From NCBI RefSeq assembly GCF_001194135.2, contig NC_068993.1:17456075-17520074 (forward strand): a stretch of DNA of 64,000 bases. The letters run 5' to 3'. Positions 11,597 through 23,573 of the stretch are shown in pieces. The stretch comes from Octopus bimaculoides (Eukaryota). A program made the translations under genes and the position numbers. Each line of letters starts with the position of its first letter. Positions within the stretch are counted from its first letter, which is position 1. The notes under the pieces were generated by a model. It saw only the letters and a list, made by a program, of their open reading frames with translations. It did not search any database and was not told where the DNA came from.

Positions 11597-13499
11597 TATA
11601 TATGTATATATATTTATGTTTGTGTATGTGTGTCTTGATATGGGGCAATAGTTGTAAATGAGTGTCACCATCATACAAGTGGTGTCGTTTATATCCAAAC
11701 TCTTGTGAAACCATATCTACCTATAGGGAAATATACCCTTGTTTGGAAATAAGTAAAGGTCAGCAGAAGACAGGCATCCATCTGTTGAAAATCTGCCACA
11801 ACATATTCTGTCTGACCCATGCAAGCTTGGAAAATTTGTGTTAAAATGATGATGTATGTGTAAGAAAACAAACACTTGATAAATTATACCATAGCATATT
11901 AGTTTTTGGACTATATTGACTTTTCATGCTTCGATTTTTTTTTTCTTTTCGCATTTTCATTATTGGAATTATTGCAGTTGATTTTAATGACTCTTTTGTT
12001 TCATTATTTTAATTACACTTTTACCTTTTTTTTAATTTATTTATATATTACAGTATTGCTGCTGAATATATGCAAAAGTTTGAGCCATCATTTAACTTTT
12101 TGAAGTTAAAATTAATTTATATAACAAAATTCCTACATTCAACATATATCTCAAAATTACGTTGGTCAGACAACATTTTCCTGTGATATATAACTGTTGT
12201 CCTTCTCACAAGACTATTACGTTAGTTTTTAGTCCTCAGTAATTTAGACAAATTTATATGGCAAAAATTATTTAGAAAGACCAGATCTAATATATTTAAG
12301 ACTGGTTTCCCAAATTACTATGTGGAATCTTGTTTAATACTCTTTATAATAAAATCTTTTGAAATTGTCAATAAATAACAGAACAATAATTTCTAGTATT
12401 TCGCATAATGAAATACAGAAAAAGGAAAAAAATGTGACAGTGAAAAGTCATCAGTTTTAACAAAAATATACAATACTGATAGTCATAGGGCTCTAATGTA
12501 TGTGAGCAAAATAAGTAATGTGCATTCCATAATGAGAACACTCATGTAGGACTGTTTCACTTTCTGGAGATTTGAAATGTTTTAATTTTGTCAAAGAGGA
12601 AAATATAATTTCAAATGCAAATGTATCTATAAATTTATATTTATGTACATAGTCATAATTATAGCAGACTGAATCAGTCTGCTATAATGAATCCAGAGAC
12701 ACATAAAACATCTAAGGGTATATTTTTTTCCCCTCTGAAGATATTATGCTCATGTCATATAAATTTAATGTTTACTTAATATTTACTAAGTATTAATTGA
12801 AACAGCTGTATATATATATTTAAATTCGATTAGAAGTGTATATAGATATGTATATATATTAGAGTTGTGTATAGACGTGTGTGTGTATAGATATGTATAT
12901 TTGTTTATCCGAATGTGGTCAATGCCTAATAGATAGGTAGGCACAGGAGTGGTTGTGTGGTAAGTANNNNNNNNNNNNNNNNNNNNNNNNNNNNNNNNNN
13001 NNNNNNNNNNNNNNNNNNNNNNNNNNNNNNNNNNNNNNNNNNNNNNNNNNNNNNNNNNNNNNNNNNNNNNNNNNNNNNNNNNNNNNNNNNNNNNNNNNNN
13101 NNNNNNNNNNNNNNNNNNNNNNNNNNNNNNNNNNNNNNNNNNNNNNNNNNNNNNNNNNNNNNNNNNNNNNNNNNNNNNNNNNNNNNNNNNNNNNNNNNNN
13201 NNNNNNNNNNNNNNNNNNNNNNNNNNNNNNNNNNNNNNNNNNNNNNNNNNNNNNNNNNNNNNNNNNNNNNNNNNNNNNNNNNNNNNNNNNNNNNNNNNNN
13301 NNNNNNNNNNNNNNNNNNNNNNNNNNNNNNNNNNNNNNNNNNNNNNNNNNNNNNNNNNNNNNNNNNNNNNNNNNNNNNNNNNNNNNNNNATTTTGAAAAC
13401 CTCCACATCATTAACAATTATTTGTATATTTCTGATTGCTGTTTAGCCCTGAGATCACTCTTGTTGAAAGGAATCAGTAATAATGGTACACCCCCTCCC

Positions 13500-15040
13500 A
13501 CATGATGAATGGAATAACCTACTCATTATAAGTAAGGAGAAGTACGTGAAGTATGAGAGTACATAGTAGGTGGTCATAGATAGTCATGTCTTTATTGGTC
13601 TTACTAAGTTTACTGAAATGGGCGTTATAACAACCCAACATTTTAAGAATATAACAGTGGCAACAAGGATTTAAACAACTCATGAGGAATTAATAAACTC
13701 GACGAGGATAAACTAATTCATGTGGAGTTAATAGAAACTAAAAGAGGAGTTAATAAGCTCACAAAGTTTTGTTGTGTGAATTTTAAGAAAAAAGATCGTA
13801 AAATTATGGAAAATTTGTTGGCTGGTTTGCTCAAGTTGTAAAAACAGCAACAACAGAAACTGAAAGAACACAACAGCAGCAGATACAATTGCAAGAGCAA
13901 CAACAGAAGCAACAACAACAAATACTGCAATTACTGAAGTCATCAGGAAAGTCAGAAAGTGTGTTCTCACCAGACTATGTTGCACATTATGTGACAGAGT
14001 TCAATATGAGCCAAACAAAGGAGTTACCTTCAAGGCATACTACAGAAAATATGAGCAAATCTTCGATAATAAATGTAAAGATTGGGATGCTGAGATGAAA
14101 ACGCTTAATCTTGAGAAAACAGAACATGAATGATTCAGTAATTATATACTCTCAAGAAAACCTTTGGACATAAACTTTAATGACACAATAGATATATTGT
14201 GTAAAATTTTCAGTGAAAAAAGCTCATTGTTCAACACATGTTGAAAGTGTCTGAACTTAGAGAAAAACAACAAGGACTACATCACATATGCTGGTAGAGT
14301 TAACAGAGAATGCGAAAAGTTTAAGCTAGATGAATTAACACCAGATATGTTCAAATGCCTGATTCTTAACTAGGGACTTACTGCTGAAAAAGACACAGAA
14401 GATAGAACTAGAATTCTTGCAAACCTGGAACAAAATCAGGATGTAACCCTACAGAAAGTGTCAGAAGAATGTGAAAGGGTAGTCAAATTAAGACATGCCA
14501 CAGAGGAACTTGGATGTAAAGATTGTTTCCAAGTAAAGCAAGTGTGAAATAGTCAGAATAAAGATAAAGTGCTTTCTAAAAAAACATGACAAAAATCAGG
14601 AAATAAACCCATGTTTTGCATGTGGAGGTATACACCCAAGGAAAAATTGTCCATTTATAAAAGTAAAGTGCTTTCGTTGTGGTACTATAGGACATATAAA
14701 GTGTATATGAGGGCATACAAGAATGGAAAGCAGAGTTGGGAAGTTGGCGTAATTACCAAAATGATCTATTGGGTAAAAAGTAGAAAAGGCATACAAAAGA
14801 GCCACAAGAACCAACTGAAAGAGATTCATGGAAAGTGAACCAAAGAAGTTGGAGGAACCGATGGAATGGTTGTACAATGCATTTCAAGTACCAACACCAC
14901 TGCAGATGATTGAACCTAGATGTACAAATAAGAGGTAAAGAAAACACATAGAGTTCCTGAAAATAGATGCTAAGTGCAAGACATTAAATTGTACAAAAAG
15001 AAAAAAACCCAAAAAACTCAAAAAAGGGAAGTGGAGTGAG
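13500..15040 (+). mobile_element. Internally deleted Gypsy (Mag-like) LTR retrotransposon relic: LTR end, PBS, gag, double zinc knuckle, then integrase C-terminal tail and PPT
   Basis: ...AATATAACA-GTGGCAACAAGGA (PBS-like, 13657-13669). gag-like YITYAGRVNRECEKFKLDELTPDMFKCLIL..RTRILANLEQ (14277-14430). PCFACGGIHPRKNCPFIKVKCFRCGTIGHIKC (14609-14705). Then KQSWEVGVITKMIYWVKSRKGIQKSHKNQLKE and purine tract AAAAAGGGAAGTGGAG (15021-15036). Multiple stops. Confidence 0.75.
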
Positions 15041-15535
15041 TAAAAAAATATTGCTAAATAAAATGACACACTCTAACCTTTCATGATCTGACACAAGATC
15101 CCCTCCTCCAATGCTCCCTCTCCTCTCAAAGATTCCTTGTCTTGCAAAATTACTTGGTAACCCTGCCAGTGCAGGTGCCTTTTAAAAGCACCCTGTCCAC
15201 ACTGTAAAGTGGTTGGCATTTGGAAGGGTATCCAGCTGTAAAAACCCATGCCAAACTGACTTCGCCTGTGTGAGTGCCACATAAAAAGTACTCAGTCCAC
15301 TCTATGGCATGGTTGGTGTTAGGAAGTGCATCAAACCATAAAAACCATGCCAAAAACAGACACAGTAGCTTGGTGTAGTCTTCTGTCTGGCTAGTTCCTG
15401 TTAGACCGTCCAAACCATCCAAACATTAGACCGTCCAAACGTCTGTCTTCCATGTTGACATGGAAGACGGACATTAAATGATGATAATGATGATGACTAG
15501 CACTGAAAAAACGGCTTTCAACCTTTTTGGTACTT

Positions 15536-15932
15536 ACTCTTTTACTTGTTTTCAGTCATTTGACTGCGGCCATGCTGGAGCACCGCCTTTTAGTCGAGCA
15601 AATCGACCCCAGGACTTATTCTTTGGAAGCCTAGTACTTATTCTATCGGTCTCTTTTGCCGAACCGCTAGGTTACAGGGACGTAAACACACCAGCATCGG
15701 TTGTCAAGCGATGCTGGGGGGGACAAACACAGACACACAAACATATACACATACACACATACATATATATACATATATACGATGGGCTTCTTTCAGTTTC
15801 CATCTACCAAATCCACTCACAAGGCTTTGGTTTGCCCAAGGCTATAGTAGAAGACACTTGCCCAAGGTGCCACACAGTGGGAATGAACCCGGAACCATGT
15901 GGCTGGTAAGTAAGCTACTTACCACACAGCCA
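15536..15932 (-). mobile_element. Full-length tRNA-derived SINE (same family as 9030-9424)
   Basis: Reverse complement aligns along its whole length with 9030-9424. Confidence 0.85.
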
Positions 15933-17468
15933 GTTTCAATTTTGCCTTCAAATAATTGATTATTTGAATACTTTTGTGAATAAAGGAGCTTTAAGAAATG
16001 ATGATTTTGCTTATTATAGCCTGCCAGAGTTAATAATTTTCAGAAATTTTGACTAGTTATACAGAAAAAATTGGATTTTAAACAAAAAAAGAAAAAACAA
16101 ATAACAATTTTAATTACTGTCAGTTTTAATAATTTTGGTGACAGATGTGCCAAAGTTGATAATTTTCCTGGTTATGTATCAAGATGCTTAATTGTGATGA
16201 CTCCATTTCTGTTAAAATTTTTAAGAACAATAGAATAAATAGCCATAATTGCAATACATGATAAAATAGGATTTACAAGTGAAATCCATATTTTTCTTAA
16301 AGGCAGAGCAACTATATAACACCTGATCACACAAATCAAATGTTTTTGCAAACAAGAATACATGTCATCAGCAAAGACAGCCAAGTTAGACATAATATCA
16401 ACCACAAATTTATTAGTAAAAACTAAAAAAAAACCCATCAAACCAAAAACAGAATCAGGGAATACTAAATGAGATGGAATAAGTAGAAGAATGATGGCCA
16501 CTTAAAACAACTTTAAAGTTTCTGACAATGCAGAAAGTTTCACAAAACCTTTATATTTCAGACACACAGGCCCATCCTCAGAAGATACTACAATGCTTCA
16601 AGCAAACTACAGTGCTCTTAAACTTTAAAGTTATTTGATGTTTCATGGCTGTGTGGTTAAGAAGCTCACTTTGCATCCGTGTGGTTTTGAGTTCAGTCCC
16701 ACTGCACAGCACTTTGGCGAAAGTGTCTTCTACTATAGCTCCATGTCAATCAGTGTCTTGTGAATGGATTTAAACAGTATGGATAAAAACTGTATGGAAG
16801 TCTGTCATACTCACACACACACACACACACACACACGTATGTAGTCCAGCCCATGCCAACATGGAAAACAGACATTAAAGGAGGATGATGACATATGTGT
16901 GTGTTTCTCTATGTTTATGTTTGTTTTTAGTCCAACTGGTGTTGGTTTGTTTACATTTCTGTAACTTAGCAGTTCAGCAAAAAAGTCAGATGGAATAAGT
17001 ACCAAACTTAAAAAATATGTACCTAGATCAATTTGACTAAACCCATCAAAGTGGTACCCTGGCATGGCCACAGGCTTATGACTGTAACAAGTAGATGATA
17101 AAGATCCTTCACAAAAGTGTAATATGACTTAAGCTTGTGATTGAGAACAGCCTACCAAACCGAGTCAAATGCTTTTGATGTATATCAAGGGCTCATCACA
17201 ACTATCTGAAGCAGGTGTGGCTGGTTAGTTAAGAAATTTACTTCTCAGTTACATAGCTTTGGTTTCAGTCCCACTGTAGAACACTTTAGGCAAGCGTCTT
17301 GTACTATATAGTCCCAGGTTAACCAATGTCATGTGAAGGAATTTGGGAGATGGAAATTGAAAGAACTTATAATGTGTGTGTGTGTATGTGTGAGAGAGAG
17401 AGAGAGAGAGAGAGACTTTTAATGCAGACATATTTTTTTTACTCTCTCCATGTTTTCTTTCCTTATTC

Positions 17469-17504
17469 CTTTCTGTAGAAGAGCATAGACTCAAAACATC
17501 AAAG
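17469..17504 (+). ncRNA. Degenerate Penelope-type hammerhead-like motif (CpG-decayed)
   Basis: CTTT CTGTAGA A GAGC ATAG ACTC AAAAC ATC AAAG. Same family as 19177 and 23391, but GAAA and stem II are eroded. Confidence 0.35.
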
Positions 17505-17616
17505 ACTCTTCCATTTTTTCCTGAGCATCAAACTAATATACCTTGTTTGTTGTTCCCTCACTTGTCTCTGTCTTTTGTTTTTATGTTTTCATGCAATTTA
17601 AACTATATATATATCG

Positions 17617-18080
17617 CCTACACTTTTTTTTTGCAAAATAGGGGTAATTTATCCTGTTCAGGCTATATTATTAGCATTATCCTGCGTTTGAGAATTTAAA
17701 ATCACTTCTCTAATTTTCTAAGACATCTCAACTTCATTTGTTTGTTTACATTTATCATAATTTGAATTTAACATATGATAGCGTCTCATAAAGCAAGATT
17801 TCTATACATCTTAAATTTGCAGAAGAATTTGTGGTGGGTAGTTTAGCTTAATCGGTTAGAGCACCGTGACGTGTAATTACGGAGGTGTGAATTCGTGCCT
17901 CATAGCTGGCCGCGTACACTTTTTTCTGCAAAATAGGGGTAGTTTATCCTGTTCAGGCTATATTATTAACATTATCCTGCGTTTGAGAATTTAAAATCAC
18001 TTTAACTTTCTAAGACATCTCAACGCTTCTAAAAGCAAACTTCGTTTGTTTGTTTATGTTTATCTTAATTTGAATTTGAT
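17617..18080 (+). repeat. Direct repeat, two ~160-bp copies with ~295-bp period, enclosing a tRNA-like sequence
   Basis: TACACTTTTTT..GCAAAATAGGGGTA.TTTATCCTGTTCAGGCTATATTATTA.CATTATCCTGCGTTTGAGAATTTAAAATCAC begins at ~17619 and ~17915 (GCAAAATAGGGG at 17633 and 17928). Confidence 0.85.
17837..17911 (+). pseudogene. tRNA pseudogene / tRNA-like sequence (isotype uncertain)
   Basis: GGGTAGT-TTAGCTTAATCGGTTAGAGC-A-CCGTG-ACGTGTAAT-TACGG-AGGT-GTGAATTCGTGCCTCAT-AGCTGGCC. D-arm, anticodon stem, T-arm and partial acceptor stem are recognisable. The anticodon loop is 9 nt. A T6 Pol III-type terminator follows at 17920-17925. Confidence 0.6.
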
Positions 18081-19176
18081 ATATATATATATAATATATT
18101 TAATTATATGTATTTCTTCTATCTTAATGAATAAAAATTCTTCAGATAGAATTAATGGGTTAATAGAAACCAAGGTAGCAAAGAACACAAAATAACTGTG
18201 GTGTAGTTCCTGTTTTTGAGGTAGAAACTCCTTGAAATTTTGGGTATTTGAGTATATTTAAAAATTTAAGGAATGGAGAAAACGCATGTTATAATTGCAT
18301 ACATATGTATGTATATATGGTAGGCTGTTCTCAATCTCAATTGAAACATATGTAGGAATAAAGTATGCAATTATAACATGCGTTTTCTCCATTCCTTAAA
18401 TTTTTTATATATAATATATATATATATACACACACACACACATGCAAACACATGCAAACACATGCATGCACATGTGTGTGTGTATGTGTGCATATGTGTC
18501 TGTGACTGTTTACAAAACTATGCTGAGTCACCATTTCCAGGCCAGCTACAGTTAGTGACTCCTGGTTGGGCTGCAATTGGTGGTGTTTATTGACATTTTC
18601 GTTCAACAAATTATCTGCCAGCTTTCTGTTTTTGAATTCCTATTGAATAAAAAAAATAAATAAATAAATCCTCAATTAAACAGCAGGTAAGGATTGGCTA
18701 TAGGAAATTTATCCAGCCATAACATCCTACCTCAATTTTCTTCTGTCTAATCTAGGCTAGCTTTGAAAAGCAGACATTAAATGAGATGACCAAACAAATG
18801 AAAGATGATAGAACTGCTCAAGTATCAGAGTTAGGAGATCAGCAATGGAGCATGAAGTGTGAAAGCCATATCATCATCATCATCATCATCAATCATCATC
18901 ATTTAATATCCATTTTTCCATTCTTGCATGGACAAACAGGATTTGTTGAGGCAGATGTTTCTATGGCCGGTTGCCTTTCTTGTTGCTCACTTTCACCCAT
19001 TTCCAAGTAAGGTCATATTTCCCTGTGGCCAGACAATTTTTTTTTTTTTTACAGAAGACTGGAAATAACCAATCTCACTTGTATGATGATGATGTTTGCT
19101 TACAACCATCACATGATGTCTAGATTTTTTTCTCCCAATTTTTTTTCTCCGTGTTTTTCTCCTTGTCTCCGTATTA

Positions 19177-19209
19177 TTTCTGTTGAAGAGCGTAGCTCGA
19201 AACGTCAAA
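19177..19209 (+). ncRNA. Minimal type-I hammerhead-like motif in a Penelope-like repeat fragment (variant core CUGUUGA)
   Basis: TTT CTGTTGA A GAGC GTA GCTC GAAA C GTC AAA. Stem I TTT/AAA, stem II GAGC/GCTC, GAAA, ACGT palindrome replacing stem III, GUC site. Confidence 0.5.
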
Positions 19210-20200
19210 GACTTTCCGTATTCCCAAGCGTCATACTAATATATACTTTTGTTATTTACACCACCTGTCCTCGTCTGTTGTTATTATTTGTATATTCTCA
19301 TACACATATATACATACATATATTTATATGTTTCAGCTTTTGTCTGCCACATCCACTCACAAGGCTTTTGTTGGCCTAGGGCTATAGTACATGAGACTAT
19401 ACACTAGTACTGAATCCTAGATCACAGGATTGGGAAGCAAGCTTCTTAACCACCCAGCCATNNNNNNNNNNNNNNNNNNNNNNNNNNNNNNNNNNNNNNN
19501 NNCCATTACCTGTATCACCTTCCATACTGTTAGAATATTACTAATTCAACATAAAATCATTAGCTTTCTTTTAGTTAATACTGAATAAAGAGAAATCTGT
19601 CATTCAAAATTTTGGCCTTTAATTAACACTGCTTCAAGTAATATCATTTGCAAAATTTAAGATGTTAGGCATGCCAGTTTGGAGGTCAAATTTACAGCTC
19701 TTGATCAGTGATGTGCCCTTACCCCTCCGTCCCCCCGCCACCTTCATCTACATTATGGGGCCATGCTCTTCTGGCATCCTTTGATGTATAGACTAAACAC
19801 AAGCGGTTACTATTTTAAAGAAGTTTTTTTGAAGAAAATTTTGATGCTGCATTGTGCAGATTGAGGTGTTAGCATATGATTTCCCATGGCTAGAACAGTT
19901 TTTGCTGTTTCATTCCTGTTTAGCCCTCACCTTATAAATAAATAAATAAGTTACCATTGGTTTCAGTGATGAATATTCAGTTGTTTGATCATGTGAACTA
20001 CTTGTTCATTAAGTATTTAGATTGATTATAGGTGCAAACATGGCTGTGTGGTTAAGAAGTTTCCTTCCCAACCACGTGGTTCTGGGTTCATTCCCATTGT
20101 ATGTCACCTAGGGCAAGTGTCTTTTGCCATAGCCCAGTGCCAACCAAAACCTTGTGAGTGGATTTTGTAGATGGAATCTGAAAGAAGCCTGTCATATGTA

Positions 20201-20234
<34 letters not shown>

Positions 20235-23200
20235 TATGTGTTGCATGTTTGTACATGCATTTGTGTGTGCATGCATATGTGTGTCAATGCATGTGTTTAT
20301 ATTCTCCTTGTCTTGACATTGCATGATAGTTGTTGATGAGTATCACTGTCATATAAGCAATGTCATTCGTTTNNNNNNNNNNGATGAGTATCACTGTCAT
20401 ATAAGCAATGTCATTCGTTTCCAGTGTGCTGCAGCAACATGATTCTGACTATGAGGAAATATTACCTTGCTTGGAAATAGCTGAGTATTGATGACAGGGA
20501 GGGCATCTGCTGCAGAAAACCTGCCTCAACAAATTCCGCCTGACCCATACAAGCATGGAAAAGGGGACGTTAAAATGATGACGATGATGATGACAAAGAA
20601 GAAGAAGAAACAACCGAATACTCACTGATGGTAATTCATTGAATTAGCTTATAAGAAGCTGAGTTCTTCACAGACAAGTTTGCCATTAACATCCTCCTAA
20701 GACAGAATCGGTGTAACACAATGTATGATAAAGCTGGACTTTTGAATTACAAGAACAGTGTTCATCTGATGGGCTTCTACACAGCTCCCATCTTTCTAGA
20801 TTCACTCCCAAGGCATATGTAGAACCAAGGCTATGGTAAATAACACCTGTCCAAGGTATCATACAGAGGGATTGAACCCAGCATCTCATAATTGCAAAGC
20901 AAATTCTGTAACTATTCAACGATGACGTGTCCATTTGGACCATTCATGTCATCGGTGTGAAGGTACATGGCCTAGTAGTTAGGGTGTTGTATTCATGATT
21001 GTGAGATTGTGATTTCATTTCTCAGACTGGCTGTGATTTGTTCTTGAGCAAAACACTGAATTTCACTTTGCTCCAGTCCACTCAGCTGTAAATTGGCAAT
21101 TTTGCAATGGATTGGCATGCAAGATTGCGATGGTGACTCAGGAAAATTACTGAGTCTTGTGAGTCATGGTTTGAAAGGATGAACAGTACAACTTGTACTA
21201 TGAATCATGACTGGTTGGGATTGGTTGATCAAACTATGTCAAAGATTGATCAACTGATGTCTTTGGTGAAAGGCACTTCAATCTTGGCTGTCACATCTTT
21301 TATTTAGACACATTCAATCAAAGACTATCATACATCCTCCTCTTCATCATCATTGCCATCATCATCGTCATCACCACTGCCGTCATCATCATCCATCCAT
21401 TTCCCATGTTGGCAAAAAAGACTGCAGTGTGTGAATCGAGGAAGATTTTGCTGCTATTTATAGCATGTTGAGCAATTACATTGAGGCTTCTTCCTTGCTT
21501 CGTTGTTGGCCAGTAACATACTGAGGTCGAGTTAAACTCACCTTCAGAATAACAAGTCTTTATTTAACGCAATATGGTCAAGTGGCAATAGCATGGCATT
21601 GCTATAATTTTTAGTACTTCTGTTCCTTCATACTTAGAAATTTAATGGAGAAATCTAATCAACCAAATGTAATGAAGAAAAAAAAAATCAATTAAAACTA
21701 CCAACATATGTATGTTTACCATAGTTAATCTTTTCAAACAGTCTGCAGACAGAGGAGGTGGACATTATAGAAGGCAGTATTTAATTAGCTCTAGTCGTAT
21801 TTGTTTGCTTGTTTCCTTCTTCTTTTTCTTTCTTTTACGGTTTTCTTTTCTTTCCTTCTTTCTTTTTGCTTTCTTTTACTCTTTTCTTTCTTTATTTTTT
21901 TAAAATTCTTTATTTTTATTTTTGTTTGTTAAATTTAACCAATGGATATAATAATATTCTTATTAAACGTCTATATTTGCTATAAAGTTGCAATCAAGTT
22001 TCTGTATATTTCTATTATTTAACAAATTTCTAACATTTCCCACCATTGTCCATTCCCNNNNNNNNNNNNNNNNNNNNNNNNNNNNNNNNNNNNNNNNNNN
22101 NNNNNNNNNNNNNNNNNNNNNNNNNNNNNNNNNNNNNNNNNNNNNNNNNNNNNNNNNNNNNNNNNNNNNNNNNNNNNNNNNNNNNNNNNNNNNNNNNNNN
22201 NNNNNNNNNNNNNNNNNNNNNNNNNNNNNNNNNNNNNNNNNNNNNNNNNNNNNNNNNNNNNNNNNNNNNNNNNNNNNNNNNNNNNNNNNNNNNNNNNNNN
22301 NNNNNNNNNNNNNNNNNNNNNNNNNNNNNNNNNNNNNNNNNNNNNNNNNNNNNNNNNNNNNNNNNNNNNNNNNNNNNNNNNNNNNNNNNNNNNNNNNNNN
22401 NNNNNNNNNNNNNNNNNNNNNNNNNNNNNNNNNNNNNNNNNNNNNNNNNNNNNNNNNNNNNNNNNNNNNNNNNNNNNNNNNNNNNNNNNNNNNNNNNNNN
22501 NNNNNNNNNNNNNNNNNNNNNNNNNNNNNNNNNNNNNNNNNNNNNNNNNNNNNNNNNNNNNNNNNNNNNNNNNNNNNNNNNNNNNNNNNNNNNNNNNNNN
22601 NNNNNNNNNNNNNNNNNNNNNNNNNNNNNNNNNNNNNNNNNNNNNNNNNNNNNNNNNNNNNNNNNNNNNNNNNNNNNNNNNNNNNNNNNNNNNNNNNNNN
22701 NNNNNNNNNNNNNNNNNNNNNNNNNNNNNNNNNNNNNNNNNNNNNNNNNNNNNNNNNNNNNNNNNNNNNNNNNNNNNNNNNNNNNNNNNNNNNNNNNNNN
22801 NNNNNNNNNNNNNNNNNNNNNNNNNNNNCTCCACCATACCCTTATTTTTCCCTTTCACCTTGATTCCCCTTCTGTAGTCACTCCAAATATACAGAGACAG
22901 CAAAGGGAATTGAGGAATCCTTTTATTTTGTAGGCTGCAAGTCAATCTTGCTAGCGCTAATGCCATGATAAGATGCATCCAGCACATTCTGCAAAGTGAT
23001 TGGTGAATGAGTGGAGACAATGCAGAATCAAGAGGACTCTTTTGTCCTGTCTGGCTGAAGACATGACAATTTCTCTGGTGTTGGTGCCAGTACACTTTGT
23101 AAAGTAGTTGGTGTTGGGAAAGGCCTCCAGATTAGAAACCATACTAGAATAAAAGCTTCCCCTACACAGCTAAAAGGGTAACACTGAAACTATGCTTGAG

Positions 23201-23390
23201 CTTCGTCTCCATGGCAGGTGTGGGGATTTCCATGCTTATTTGTCCTTTGTTCATTTCTGTTGATCATTTCCTTGTTCTGTCTGAGGAGAGTCATATTGCC
23301 ATAATATATTTAGCACACTCACTGGCTAGATCGCTAGCCACTACACATTTTTTCCTCTCCTTGTTTCTATCCTTGTTTCTTTCTGTGTTC

Positions 23391-23426
23391 CTTTCTGTGG
23401 AAGAGCATAGGCTCGAAACGTTAAAG
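23391..23426 (+). ncRNA. Minimal hammerhead-like motif in a Penelope-like repeat fragment (variant core CUGUGGA)
   Basis: CTTT CTGTGGA A GAGC ATAG GCTC GAAA C GTT AAAG. The downstream 100 bp match 19210-19290. Confidence 0.5.
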
Positions 23427-23512
23427 ACTTTTTCACTTCCCGAGCATTATACTAATACATCTGTTTGTTGTCTACACCACCTGTCTTCGTCTTTTGTTTT
23501 TGTGTGAATTCT

Positions 23513-23573
<61 letters not shown>

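Noticed and set aside
20335-20420. 38-bp exact tandem duplication either side of a 10-N gap
   Set aside because: Typical unmerged contig overlap, so an assembly artefact.
22019-23095. Long ORFs of 150-358 aa in the track (also at 12.8-13.5, 35.7-37.2, 42.6-43.4, 46.5-47.3, 51.8-52.5 and 59.4-60.0 kb)
   Set aside because: They consist mostly of X from N gaps and microsatellite dipeptides, so they are not evidence of coding.
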